DNA from: an uncultured Thermococci archaeon
Lineage (GTDB): Archaea; Methanobacteriota_B; Thermococci; Thermococcales; Thermococcaceae
Reading direction: 5' to 3'
Length of the DNA: 34,118 nucleotides
Assembly: GCA_964615185.1 (NCBI GenBank)
Contig: CAZTOS010000017.1
Coordinates: 1 to 34,118 of the forward strand
The notes below the pieces were generated by a model. It made no database searches. It was not told the origin of the DNA and saw nothing but the letters and a program-made list of their open reading frames with translations. The position numbers and the translations under genes were made by a program. Shown piece after piece: positions 13,215 to 23,354 of this stretch (position 1 is the stretch's first letter; each line of letters opens with the position of its first letter).

Positions 13215-14240
13215 CTATGTCCCTTCAATAACTATTAAATCAGCCTCAATATCTTCAAGAGAAGAATTCCAGCCACCAACCACATACCTTTTCCCATCTC
13301 CAGTTTCAATGGTGATATTGGAAATAACTTTAGCTTCATCCTCATAATAATCCACTATCCTGCCTTCAATCTCTACAGGCTCCTTGCTTTTAACAAACTT
13401 CCCTATGATCCTGACTTTTGAGTTCATTAAGTTAAAGAGTCGTATATCCCTAACCAATTTCCTTATGTGAATGTATTCCCTTGGAAGAATGAGCTTTCTT
13501 TCTTCCTCATACACTGTCCTTCCAGTGGGCCAGAGGGCATGATAGAAATATCGGTCAAACATGAACAGCAAATTCTCGTCTTTGATTATCATAGCATAAC
13601 CATGGAGACTTGAGGTTTTTGACATCAGGGCTTCACTTGGTGCATAAATCCCGGTCTCCTTGTCTTGAATCAGGATAAATGGATCCGGAACTTCTCTCAT
13701 CTTAATTTTATGAGCAACAGAAGGGACATTGCCAGTCCCATACAAAAATAAATCTATTTCAACCCCCATTTTTTTCTTTTTTATTAGGTCATTTTGAATT
13801 CTCTTCAAGAAAGGAAGAGGGAGGGCAAGAGAAATGTGTCTCTTGGCGTTTTTGATTGCATCTTTTACATATTTTTCAAAGGTTATCTTGCTTTTTACAA
13901 CGATTATATTCCCTATCTCACCCTCTCCCGGGTTGTAAAGCTCCTTCAACATTTCTTTTATCAAATTGACTTTTCTGACGTATTTACGTTCAATCTCGGA
14001 GAAGACCTTTTCTGGATTGACTGCAACCACTTTCTTAGGTCTTCCACCGATTGTTATTACAAATCCTTTTCCCATGAGAGTTCTAATTACGTCATATATT
14101 CTTGGCTGGGGAACTTTTGAAAGCGTTGCAAGTTCACCAGCCGTTAATGGACCTTCCTTTATCAAAGTAAGGTACGCACTAACCTCATACTCGCTGAATC
14201 CGAGCTCTTTGAGGAGTTCTTTAAGCTCCTTTTCGCTCAT
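13215..14240 (-). CDS. TrmB-family sugar-sensing transcriptional regulator
   Basis: N-terminal wHTH (LGFSEYEVSAYLTL...VPQPRIYDV) and C-terminal effector domain ending VGGWNSSLEDIEAD; ATG 14240. Confidence 0.9.
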   Translation of the reverse strand: MSEKELKELLKELGFSEYEVSAYLTLIKEGPLTAGELATLSKVPQPRIYDVIRTLMGKGFVITIGGRPKKVVAVNPEKVFSEIERKYVRKVNLIKEMLKELYNPGEGEIGNIIVVKSKITFEKYVKDAIKNAKRHISLALPLPFLKRIQNDLIKKKKMGVEIDLFLYGTGNVPSVAHKIKMREVPDPFILIQDKETGIYAPSEALMSKTSSLHGYAMIIKDENLLFMFDRYFYHALWPTGRTVYEEERKLILPREYIHIRKLVRDIRLFNLMNSKVRIIGKFVKSKEPVEIEGRIVDYYEDEAKVISNITIETGDGKRYVVGGWNSSLEDIEADLIVIEGT

Positions 14241-14248
14241 AGTATCCC

Positions 14249-14698
14249 TCAAATTATCGCTTTTTCAGTATTTTTATCAAAAACATGGATGTTATCTAAG
14301 TCGATTACTATTCTAACCTTACTCCTGACTTCAAGAGGTATGTGACCTGGGAGCTTTACCTTTATGAGATTTCCGCTTCCTATATTGGCATGCACAATTG
14401 TATCTGTACCCAGAGCCTCAATGAAGTTAACTGTTCCTTCTATTGTCGTGCTTCTTTTTACGTGCTCCAGAGATGAGACACCTTCTATGGTCATGTGCTC
14501 TGGTCTTATGCCGAATATAACTGTCCTGTCGATACAATCTCCCAAATCTGATGGGAGAGCAATGACAATTCCATTATCAGTTTCTTTAACAGTCACCTCA
14601 AGTAAGCTTATCTCAGAAACGCCTATAAAGGTTACGACGGATATTGAGTTGGGCTGGATACCTATTGAGAAGTTCTTCTATTTGGAGTAGTTCTGCAG
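14249..14698 (-). pseudogene. Deleted remnant of a MalK-type ABC ATPase, paralog of 17990-19102
   Basis: C-terminal TOBE part is near-identical (FGIRPEHMT...EALGTDTI). A short island AELLQIEELLNRYPAQL lies at about 14645-14698. Walker A/B are absent and there are internal deletions. Confidence 0.88.
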
Positions 14699-14702
14699 GC
14701 GA

Positions 14703-14800
14703 AAGGAGCTCTTTTCACAGGATGAGGAGGTTCTAAAGAGAGCGCTCTCAGAGGAAATTTTTGAAGATGTTACGAAGGCTTGAAGACATTTGATTTTGAT
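14703..14800 (+). pseudogene. Fragment of a glycosyltransferase, paralog of 24472-25614
   Basis: Translates KELFSQDEEVLKRALSEEIFEDVTKA/LKTFDFD (one frameshift) versus KELFKENEAILKKVLSEKTFTQVTKALETFELD in the intact gene. Confidence 0.8.
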
Positions 14801-14880
14801 ATCAAGCAATGGAAAAGGTTTTAAAGAAAACCTATAGACACCTCATAACTCAATTGATTCATTAGAAGGAGGTGTATTCC

Positions 14881-17547
14881 ATGAAAATAACTCCTGTATG
14901 TATAATTCCCCATACACACTGGGACAGGGATTGGTATTTTCCATTTCAAGTATTTAGAGGAAGGTTCCTCCATCTGATGGAGATCGTCTCAGATCTTTTA
15001 GAGGAGTTTCCCGAATTCAAATTCTATTTAGATGGACAAACAATTGTCATAGAAGACTATTTGGAAGTATTCCCTCAAAAACGAGAAGAACTCTTTTCAA
15101 AGATCAGAGAAAAGCGAATATTAGTGGGTCCTTTTTATGTTCTTCCTGACGAATTCCTGATTTCGGGAGAGACGTTCATAAGGAACTTTCTTGTAGCCCA
15201 GAGATTTTTAAATGAGAATTCCCTTCCATCAATGAAAGTTGCATATTTCCCGGATATGTTCGGGCACTCTGCTTACATTCCCACATTAATAAAAGGTCTT
15301 GGAATGAAAACTATAGCCCTTTGGAGAGGGGTGGGAGATAAGTGCAGAGATGCAGAGTTTATTTGGGAAGGTCCCGATGGGAGCGAAGTCTTGACTATAA
15401 ATATCATCGATGGTTATGCAAATTTTCTCTGCCCACCAAAGGAGTACGGGGAGTTTAAAAAATTCTTGGAGGAGAAGGTCAAAAAGTTCATCAAACATTC
15501 CAAAAGCGGTCATATTCTCCTTATGTATGGAGCAGACCGCAGTTTTCCCTCCCGCACAGTAATAGAGTTTGTTAAGAAACTAAAGGAAGAAGGATATAAC
15601 ATCAAAATTGGGAGTCTGGATGAGCATGCAGAAGCTCTACTACGCTTGAACTTAAAGTTAAGAAAAATCAAAGGAGAACTGCGTGATCCCAAATATGAGC
15701 CAATCCTCAAAGATGTTGCTTCTTCCAGAATGCACCTCAAACAAAAAAGCCATTTAATTGAGCATGCTTTGATAAGAGTGGTTGAACCCTTGATTGCAAC
15801 AGCGTATTTACTTGACATTCCAGTAGATACCGAATTAAACCTCCTCCACTATGCATGGAAACTGTTTTTAAAGACCACACCTCATGACGATATATGTGGG
15901 TGTGGCAGTGATCAGGTGGACCGCGAAATGGAAGTACTGCAGGATCAGGTTCTTCAGCTTATCCAGGTTATAAAATGTGAGCTCATGAATAAACTCATAG
16001 AAAAGTTTAGAAGCCAAGGTAAGGACCAGGACAAACATTATCTTATTGTATTTTCACCTTTTGCAAGAGATACAAAAACAATTATCGAAAAAGAAATATA
16101 TCTCCCCCCAGAGGAGCCGCATGAGGACCTGGTGGTAATTGAAAACGGAAAGAAACTCCCGACATTTGTAGAATATCTAGAAGAAACAACCTGTATAATA
16201 AAAAATGACAGAAGTTTTGAGCACTTTAACACAGCAGAAGAGGACTACCTTAGAGAATTCCTGATAACATCGGAAATAGCACCACCACAAAATGTCAGGA
16301 AGAAACGTATAAAGATAAGGTTTGAAGCCAAACTCCCCCCAATTGGTGTCAAAGTCTTCGAGATAACGCATGGAAGAGAAAAATCTACTAACACAAATGC
16401 TCCCGTGAAGCTTCCAATTGAGACTCCGTTTCTTAAGGTTAACATTAATACAGATGGAACACTAAATGTGGAAGATAAAAGAAATGGAAGGAGATATAAG
16501 AACCTATGCTATTTCGAGGACTGGGAGGACATCGGGGACGAATACAACTACTGCCCATCCAAAAATCCTGAAAAAATAAGCACCCTTGGAAAACATGCGA
16601 GAATTAAAACAGTTGCTGAAAATGATCTGGGGTTCTTGATAGAGGTAGAACACAACTTAGAGATCCCAGAATATTTTGACTTCGAAAATGAAAAACGAGC
16701 AACAAAAAGAGTATCGCTTCCAGTTAAAGTTTCATACTTTATCCATAAAACCAGTCCAAGAATAGATGTCAAAGTACACTTCAAAAACAGTGCAAAGGAC
16801 CACAGGTTTAGGGCTCATTTTGAACTACCAGTCATCTCAGACTTCCACATAAGCGATGACTATTTCGGACCAATAAAAAGGGCAAACAAAATAGAAAGTT
16901 CAGGAAACATAGAGGAATATGTTGAATTGCCAGAGAACAGGTATCCAATGCAAAATTTTGTCTATATTGCTGACGAGAACGGGGGTATGGTCATCTCCAC
17001 AAAAGGACTCAGAGAGTATGAAGTCGAGAAGTCCGAATCTGCAATAAACCTCGCACTTACACTATTGAGGAGTGTAGGAATGCTCTCAAGGCCCAATTTA
17101 GTAACGAGGAAAGGAAACGCTGGGCCAGAGGTTTTAACCCCCGGTGCACAATCATTGGGTTCACACACCGCAGAATTTTCATTATACTTCACAGAAAGAT
17201 ACAGCTTGGAAGAAGCATACAACTTCTCGGAAGCTTATCAAGGTTTACCAGTTGCATATTTGGCAAAAGACATAGAAAAAATCAATTTCTCAATGGTGAA
17301 AATAAACCCCTCCTCTCTAATACTCAGTGCATTCAAAGTGGCGGAGGACGGAAATGGAGTAATCTTAAGATTTTACAACATTGCAGATTCGGAAGTTACT
17401 GGATCAATAAGACTTGGATGGATCCCAAACAAAGTTGAAATCACAAACCTAGCAGAGAACTCGATTGAAACTCCAGTAAATATTGAAAAGAATGAAATTA
17501 GGATAAAAGCAAAGCCCCATGAAGTCATAACAATTAAATTAAGCTAA
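14881..17547 (+). CDS. GH38 alpha-mannosidase / mannosylglycerate hydrolase (MngB)-like
   Basis: HTHWDRDWY, LDGQ, PDMFGH (nucleophile Asp) and PHDDICGC motifs; GGAGGTG RBS; no signal peptide. Confidence 0.88.
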   Translation: MKITPVCIIPHTHWDRDWYFPFQVFRGRFLHLMEIVSDLLEEFPEFKFYLDGQTIVIEDYLEVFPQKREELFSKIREKRILVGPFYVLPDEFLISGETFIRNFLVAQRFLNENSLPSMKVAYFPDMFGHSAYIPTLIKGLGMKTIALWRGVGDKCRDAEFIWEGPDGSEVLTINIIDGYANFLCPPKEYGEFKKFLEEKVKKFIKHSKSGHILLMYGADRSFPSRTVIEFVKKLKEEGYNIKIGSLDEHAEALLRLNLKLRKIKGELRDPKYEPILKDVASSRMHLKQKSHLIEHALIRVVEPLIATAYLLDIPVDTELNLLHYAWKLFLKTTPHDDICGCGSDQVDREMEVLQDQVLQLIQVIKCELMNKLIEKFRSQGKDQDKHYLIVFSPFARDTKTIIEKEIYLPPEEPHEDLVVIENGKKLPTFVEYLEETTCIIKNDRSFEHFNTAEEDYLREFLITSEIAPPQNVRKKRIKIRFEAKLPPIGVKVFEITHGREKSTNTNAPVKLPIETPFLKVNINTDGTLNVEDKRNGRRYKNLCYFEDWEDIGDEYNYCPSKNPEKISTLGKHARIKTVAENDLGFLIEVEHNLEIPEYFDFENEKRATKRVSLPVKVSYFIHKTSPRIDVKVHFKNSAKDHRFRAHFELPVISDFHISDDYFGPIKRANKIESSGNIEEYVELPENRYPMQNFVYIADENGGMVISTKGLREYEVEKSESAINLALTLLRSVGMLSRPNLVTRKGNAGPEVLTPGAQSLGSHTAEFSLYFTERYSLEEAYNFSEAYQGLPVAYLAKDIEKINFSMVKINPSSLILSAFKVAEDGNGVILRFYNIADSEVTGSIRLGWIPNKVEITNLAENSIETPVNIEKNEIRIKAKPHEVITIKLS

Positions 17548-17982
17548 TTAACCCCTAAGAATAATCAAATCCGCTTCGATATCCTCGAGAGGACATTCCA
17601 TCCTCCAATCACGTACCTTTTTCCATCTTTTGTTTCAGATTGTTATGTTCAAATTCTTTTTAGTGATGTGCCCTCAAACCTTCTGCCAATGACGAGGAAG
17701 AGGTCAGGAACTTTCCATATACTTCTCTCTCCTTCCCTACAAGGTTGTGTTCCATTATGCCCTTAACATGTGTATAGCTTGTATTTTTCAAAAACTTTTG
17801 GATCAACGCCGATTTTTGGTCTCTCACTCGTAACGACAACAGAACCCCTCCTCACTACATCATATATCTTGGATTGGAGACTTTGGAGGGGGACAAGCCC
17901 CCCGTAAGAGTCAAGTACGCCCCAATCTCATACCCCTTCAATCCAAGATCTTTTAACAGTACTTTGACTTCCTCTTTATCAT
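17548..17982 (-). pseudogene. Eroded TrmB-family regulator pseudogene, paralog of 13215-14240
   Basis: Frameshifted pieces DKEEVKVLLKDLGLKGYEIGAYLTL, SKVSNPR/IYDVV, VPDLFLVI and NITI/ETKDGKRYVIGGWN/LEDIEADLIILRG*. About 435 bp versus 1026 bp for the intact gene. Confidence 0.85.
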
Positions 17983-17989
17983 TTTTCCC

Positions 17990-19102
17990 TCAGATTATGG
18001 CATTTTTGCTGTCCTTTTCAAAAATATGGATGTTGTCAAGATCAACCACTACCCTGATCTTTTGTCCCACAGGGAGGAGTATGTGTCCCGGTAGCTTTAC
18101 TTTGATTATCGAACTGCCAACTTTTGTGTGAATTATAGTATCAGTTCCCAATGCCTCTATGAAGTCAACTATCCCTTCTATTGTCGTGCTTCTCTTTACA
18201 TGCTCCAAAGTTGAGACTCCTTCAACCGTCATGTGTTCCGGTCGGATCCCAAATATAACTGTTTTGTTGATGTAATCTCTTAACAATTCTCCCAGATCTG
18301 GAGGAAGTACAATGACGAATCCCTCTCCCTCAAGAGCAATTCCATTATCAGTCTCTTTAACACTAACATCAATTAAATTCATTTCTGGAGATCCAATGAA
18401 GGTTCCTACAAACACAGACTTGGGTTTTAAGTACACCTCAGTTGGTGGCCCAACTTGGAGGAGCTTTCCTTGATTCATTACTGCTATTCTGTCGCCCATT
18501 GTCATAGCCTCAACCTGATCGTGTGTAACATAAACTGTGGTAACCTTTAACTTTGTTTGGAGCTTTTTAATCTCTGCCCTCATTGCAACTCTGAGTTTAG
18601 CATCAAGATTGGAAAGCGGTTCATCCATAAGCAGAACATTCGGCTCAACAACAATTGCCCTTGCAACGGCAACTCTTTGCCTCTGACCGCCGCTGAGCTG
18701 GGCTGGATACCTGTCCAAAAGTTCCTCTATTTGGAGCAGTTCTGCAGCCCATTTAACCTTTTTGTCTATCTCCTCTTTTGGATACTTTTTAATCTTCAGC
18801 GGAAAGGCTATGTTGTCGTAAACTGTCATGTGCGGCCAGACTGCATAACTTTGGAAAACCATTGAGATGTTTCTATCCTTGGGGGGGAGGTAGGTTACAT
18901 CTTTGTCCCCAAACCATATCCTTCCTCCAGTTGGTTCCTCCAGTCCAGCTATCATTCTCAGCGTTGTAGTCTTCCCACAGCCACTCGGTCCAAGGAGTAC
19001 AAGGAATTCCCCATCTCTTATTGTTAGGCTTACCCCATCAACCGCTTTTACCCTTCCCCTATCAAAATACTTCTTGAGATTCTCAAGCCTAACTTCCACC
19101 AT
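17990..19102 (-). CDS. malK: Carbohydrate ABC importer ATPase (MalK/MsmX family)
   Basis: GPSGCGKTT, LSGGQRQR, LLMDEP, VTHDQ; TOBE domain. Confidence 0.9.
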   Translation of the reverse strand: MVEVRLENLKKYFDRGRVKAVDGVSLTIRDGEFLVLLGPSGCGKTTTLRMIAGLEEPTGGRIWFGDKDVTYLPPKDRNISMVFQSYAVWPHMTVYDNIAFPLKIKKYPKEEIDKKVKWAAELLQIEELLDRYPAQLSGGQRQRVAVARAIVVEPNVLLMDEPLSNLDAKLRVAMRAEIKKLQTKLKVTTVYVTHDQVEAMTMGDRIAVMNQGKLLQVGPPTEVYLKPKSVFVGTFIGSPEMNLIDVSVKETDNGIALEGEGFVIVLPPDLGELLRDYINKTVIFGIRPEHMTVEGVSTLEHVKRSTTIEGIVDFIEALGTDTIIHTKVGSSIIKVKLPGHILLPVGQKIRVVVDLDNIHIFEKDSKNAII

Positions 19103-19112
19103 TTTTCACACC

Positions 19113-19931
19113 TCATTTAAGTGCTATACCCCACATGGATATTAGATACTTCCTGGCAACTGCCACGTAAATTATAGCAGGAAATGCCATTATAAAAGCC
19201 GCTGCAAATTTGTAATAATCCGGCGCAGTTTCCATCAATGTTAACATCAACGCAGGTAGTGTTCTGTGCTTGAAGGTCAAAACTGAAGCTGCAAATACTT
19301 CATTCCATGAACCAACGAAAGTGAACATTGCTGCAGCCGCTAAACCTGGAAGTGCCAAGGGTAAGGTTATTTTAAGGAATGATTGGAATCTTGTAAGCCC
19401 AAACACCATACCTGCCTCTTCCAATTCTGCAGATGTGCCCGCAAATATACTTGCGGTAATTAGAACAACAAGCGGTAAAGCACCGGCACTGTGAGCAAAC
19501 GCGACACCAAGCCTGGTATCGAGTAAGTGCAATCTTATGTAGAGCATTATAAGGGGAACTGCCATTATTGGAACGGGGAATATCTTAAGGGCTAACATTC
19601 CAAGCTTTATAGTGTCTTTTCCAGGGAATATGAACCTTGCTATGGAATATCCAGCTGGAAGTCCAAGTATAAAGCTGATTACTATTGATAGAGTTGCCAC
19701 GATTATACTATTCTTCAACGCTTCCCATCCACCAAGTGTGAAAAGCAGCATTTTAACGGTCTCAACCGTGAAGTGAAGGGGGATTACTTTGTTGGGAGAG
19801 TAATAGTCCTCCGGAGTTCCGAATGCATAAAGGATGGAGACGACCAAAGGTAAGCCCATCCACACTACAACAATGAAAATTAAGGTATAAAATCCTAATT
19901 TTTTAAGGTTGTGCTTTGTTTTCTCATTCAT
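19113..19931 (-). CDS. Carbohydrate ABC importer permease (MalG-like)
   Basis: Six TM segments, EAA loop ELEEAGMVFG. Confidence 0.9.
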   Translation of the reverse strand: MNEKTKHNLKKLGFYTLIFIVVVWMGLPLVVSILYAFGTPEDYYSPNKVIPLHFTVETVKMLLFTLGGWEALKNSIIVATLSIVISFILGLPAGYSIARFIFPGKDTIKLGMLALKIFPVPIMAVPLIMLYIRLHLLDTRLGVAFAHSAGALPLVVLITASIFAGTSAELEEAGMVFGLTRFQSFLKITLPLALPGLAAAAMFTFVGSWNEVFAASVLTFKHRTLPALMLTLMETAPDYYKFAAAFIMAFPAIIYVAVARKYLISMWGIALK

Positions 19932-20785
19932 CTTCCCACCTCCAGATATTCTGCTTTCGTTAGCCTTAGGTAAATGGCACCAATTGTAAGGGACATAATT
20001 GCAATTAGCAATGCATATACTGCTCCAACTCCATAGTCCCTAATCTGTGTCACTTGATAATATGCTTCCCCTGCCAGAACTGGAATGTCTCTTCCAACAA
20101 GAACCCATACAATTCCGAAGATACTGAATGCATATATTGTTCTCAATAACAAAGCAGTTTGAATGCTCGGTTTTAGCAGAGGAATGAGTATGTGCCTCAG
20201 TCTTGTCCAGTAGCCAGCGCCAAATACTTCAGCTGCTTCGATGTACTCTTGGCTTATCATCTGCAAGCCTGCGAGAACTATTACGAATATGGTGACCGTT
20301 GATCTCCAGAGCTCAACAAATACAATTGTGAAAAATTCTCTTGTATGGAACTGGTATCCAAAAAGCTGGATAGGAGAATGAATCAAACCCAAATTTAACA
20401 ACAATTTATTCATAAAACCGCTAGGAGACAACATTGAATACCATATTAAACCCGCAGCAATATCACTTAATGTCATGGGAATTATAAGGAGTGTTAGTGC
20501 AATGTTTCTTCCCTTAAATGTTTTGTTCATTGCCAATGCGAGCACAAGGGCCAGTATAAGCTGAGTGGGGAGGATTATGATTGCCAAACCCAAAGTGTTT
20601 TTCAAAGCTGGCCAGAAGTAGTAATTGTTAACCGCTCTATGAATTGTTGCAAGAGAAAATCCCCCATTTTCATAGAAAATAAGTTTAATACCTTCTATCA
20701 TAGGATATCCGATGAATATGCCCAAATAAATCAACGCCGGAGCTACTAAAAGATATGGGACATATTTTGATACTTTCTTCGCCAT
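19928..20785 (-). CDS. Carbohydrate ABC importer permease (MalF-like)
   Basis: EAA loop EYIEAAEVFGA, multiple TM segments. Confidence 0.9.
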   Translation of the reverse strand: MAKKVSKYVPYLLVAPALIYLGIFIGYPMIEGIKLIFYENGGFSLATIHRAVNNYYFWPALKNTLGLAIIILPTQLILALVLALAMNKTFKGRNIALTLLIIPMTLSDIAAGLIWYSMLSPSGFMNKLLLNLGLIHSPIQLFGYQFHTREFFTIVFVELWRSTVTIFVIVLAGLQMISQEYIEAAEVFGAGYWTRLRHILIPLLKPSIQTALLLRTIYAFSIFGIVWVLVGRDIPVLAGEAYYQVTQIRDYGVGAVYALLIAIMSLTIGAIYLRLTKAEYLEVGR

Positions 20786-20880
20786 CTAATGACCCCCTTC
20801 AATTGTTAAGGTTGGTTTCTGGCTGAGAGTTGTAGAATTTGATTTATAAAAATTAAAACAAAGATAAAATAAAAGTTACC

Positions 20881-22236
20881 TCATGGCAGCGGTACTCCAA
20901 CTTCTTGGAAGATGCTCTTCAACTTGGTACCTATCTCTTTTGTAACCTGTGCAGGATCTTCTCCCTGAAGAACAATTCTTCTAAATGCCTCTTTATAGAG
21001 CTCTCCGAACTGTCCACCGTATTTTCCGAGGTTTGGAATCATGACGACCAAAGCATCTGATGTTGATTGTTGAGCAGCAACACCTTTCGCAAGTACTTTG
21101 AGTGGTCCTGGAGGGAGTTCTTCACTTGCTTCCTTAACAACTGGGAAGAATCCCGTTTGTGAAAGTGTTTCTGCCTGGACTTTTGGTGTGGTGAGATAAT
21201 CTATAAGTTTCCAAGCTCCCTCCTTGTTTGGAGCACCCTTTGGAATGGCCAGACCTGCAACAACCAATATGAATCCCCTGCCCTTCGGCCCTCTTGGAAC
21301 TGGGGCAACTACAAACTTGTCTGGTTCTTTGGCTATTGCATCTTTGATTCTTGCGGTGTGGTCCCATGCAATCAACACATCTCCTCTTAAAAGAGGATCT
21401 GCCATTGCATCCCACGTTGTACTTGAGGGATTTACATATTGCCAGAGGTCCTTGAGGTAACCCCACATTTCAATGGCTTCAGGTGAATCAAACTTTTTAA
21501 CTTCGTAGCCAGTATATGACGGATATAGGTATCCATGGAGGAATCTGTGGAACAATCCCTTAACTGGGAATCCAACAAGCTTTTTGCCAGTTTGTTCATA
21601 AATGTTCTTTGACCAAGCTAAGAATGCATCATATGTCCATTTATCCGTTCCCTTCATGACATCTTCTTCTGTGAGACCTTCTGGGAGGTACTTGAAGGCC
21701 TCTTTATTAATTACCATGACATATGTGGCACTCATCCATGGAACATACACTTTTTTGCCCCTTATTACGGAGTACTTTTGGAATATTGGTATGAAAGTTC
21801 GTCCTTCGAGCTTCGGCATGTCGCTAAGATCCATAAGCCAGCCTTGAGAGTCATAATAATCCATTGCTCCATGGAGATCTCCGATTACACTGATAGTAAC
21901 CTTACCACTTTTTTCTTCGGCTGCAAGCCTCATGGTTAGATCAGACTGACTTATTGGGATAAGCTCAGCATCAATACCAGTTTTCTCTTTAAATCCTGGC
22001 AGAACCGTGTTAAGAAGGAATGCCCTCTCTGCCGGAGGCATTAATTGGGTTGATGCCCAAACAACTTTGCCACCAACTTTGCTCGGAGAGGCGGTGCTTG
22101 ATGGTGTTGCTGATGGTGTACTTGATGGTGTGCTCGATGCTGTTGTTGATGTTTGCTCTCCACCTATACAACCGCTGGCAAATATTGCGGCTGTCAAAAC
22201 ACCTACCAAAAACAAACTCAACATCTTTTTGTTCAT
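20881..22236 (-). CDS. Carbohydrate ABC solute-binding lipoprotein
   Basis: ATG 22236 gives MNKKMLSLF...ASGC lipobox, Ser/Thr/Pro linker and a family-1 SBP body. Confidence 0.9.
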   Translation of the reverse strand: MNKKMLSLFLVGVLTAAIFASGCIGGEQTSTTASSTPSSTPSATPSSTASPSKVGGKVVWASTQLMPPAERAFLLNTVLPGFKEKTGIDAELIPISQSDLTMRLAAEEKSGKVTISVIGDLHGAMDYYDSQGWLMDLSDMPKLEGRTFIPIFQKYSVIRGKKVYVPWMSATYVMVINKEAFKYLPEGLTEEDVMKGTDKWTYDAFLAWSKNIYEQTGKKLVGFPVKGLFHRFLHGYLYPSYTGYEVKKFDSPEAIEMWGYLKDLWQYVNPSSTTWDAMADPLLRGDVLIAWDHTARIKDAIAKEPDKFVVAPVPRGPKGRGFILVVAGLAIPKGAPNKEGAWKLIDYLTTPKVQAETLSQTGFFPVVKEASEELPPGPLKVLAKGVAAQQSTSDALVVMIPNLGKYGGQFGELYKEAFRRIVLQGEDPAQVTKEIGTKLKSIFQEVGVPLP

Positions 22237-22299
22237 GAAGCTACACCCCCATATTTCAAAGCATATTTGACGAGGGAATATATAAGTTTTATGTCTTAA

Positions 22300-22316
22300 A
22301 ACCACTAAGAGTGGTT
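22300..22316. promoter_or_regulatory. Palindromic operator AACCAC-N5-GTGGTT upstream of the ABC operon promoter
   Basis: AACCAC-TAAGA-GTGGTT, just upstream of a minus-strand AAAAC-TTATATA promoter; second copy at 24435. Confidence 0.65.
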
Positions 22317-22349
22317 GTTTTTTACAAAAATGTAAAGGGAAGTTATAGA

Positions 22350-23354
22350 TTAAATATGCACGATCTTTCCTTTTCTGGAAGATTCATAAGCTGCCAAGAC
22401 TATTTCCAGATTTTTCTTGGCATCTTCTCCCGTAATTGGTGGTTCTTTATCTTCAATTATTGATTCAGCAAAGCTTCTAACGATTCCCTCAACATCAGGT
22501 CTTTCCCAGTATATCTTCTCAGCCCTATCCTGATAGACTGTAAAATCTGGATAGGCTGTTCTTATATCCAAGAATCCATCCTTGCCCAGTATGTAGTATT
22601 TTATCTCCAGTCCATATGAATAGCCCTTTGGATTGCCCCAGCCTGCATTTAGAACAGCCGTGACACCATTTTTAAATTCAAGAACTGCAGTTCCAATGTC
22701 ATCCACAGGAAAACCATAGATCTTCGATCCAATATCTGCATAAACTCTCTTAACATCGCTTTCCGTTAACCAAAGAAGGGAGTCAATGCCATGAGGGGCT
22801 GTATCCATGAACCCTCCTCCACCCGCTTTATCCCTGTCCAAAAACCAGCCCATGTCAAGACCTTCAAGGAATATGGGTGGCTTAACGTATTCTGAAATTG
22901 CATAGATGTACTCCAAATTCCCAATTTCGCCACTTTCAATCATGTTCTTTGCTTTTATGAGAGGTACTGTAAATCTTGGATTGAAAGGCACCATGAGCTT
23001 CACACCGGCTTTTTTAGCCGCTTTGATAATCTCATCGGCATCTTCAAGCGTCAAGGCAATTGGCTTTTCCAAGAGAAGATGTTTCCCTTCTTCAATAACT
23101 CTAAGGGCAACCTCCTTATGGCGATAGGTTTCAATTGCAACATAAACGGCATCAATTTTTTTGTCCTTCAACAGCTCATCATACGTCTTGTAGAACTTTG
23201 CCTTAAGCCTCTGAGCTTCCCTCTTTGCAACATCGAAGTTCGCACCATCTCCAGAAATTGCATAAAGCTTAACTTTAGGATTGGATGCAAAAGTTGAGCC
23301 ATACCTTAGGGCATGCGGATGAGCATAGCTTATGATTCCGACATTAATCTTCAT
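22350..23354 (-). CDS. Gfo/Idh/MocA-family NAD(P)-dependent oxidoreductase
   Basis: HLLLEKPIA, GGGGFMDTAPHGID. Confidence 0.88.
   Translation of the reverse strand: MKINVGIISYAHPHALRYGSTFASNPKVKLYAISGDGANFDVAKREAQRLKAKFYKTYDELLKDKKIDAVYVAIETYRHKEVALRVIEEGKHLLLEKPIALTLEDADEIIKAAKKAGVKLMVPFNPRFTVPLIKAKNMIESGEIGNLEYIYAISEYVKPPIFLEGLDMGWFLDRDKAGGGGFMDTAPHGIDSLLWLTESDVKRVYADIGSKIYGFPVDDIGTAVLEFKNGVTAVLNAGWGNPKGYSYGLEIKYYILGKDGFLDIRTAYPDFTVYQDRAEKIYWERPDVEGIVRSFAESIIEDKEPPITGEDAKKNLEIVLAAYESSRKGKIVHI

Noticed and set aside
22085..22150. Imperfect 12-nt tandem repeats
   Set aside because: They encode the ordinary SSTP-type linker of the solute-binding lipoprotein.
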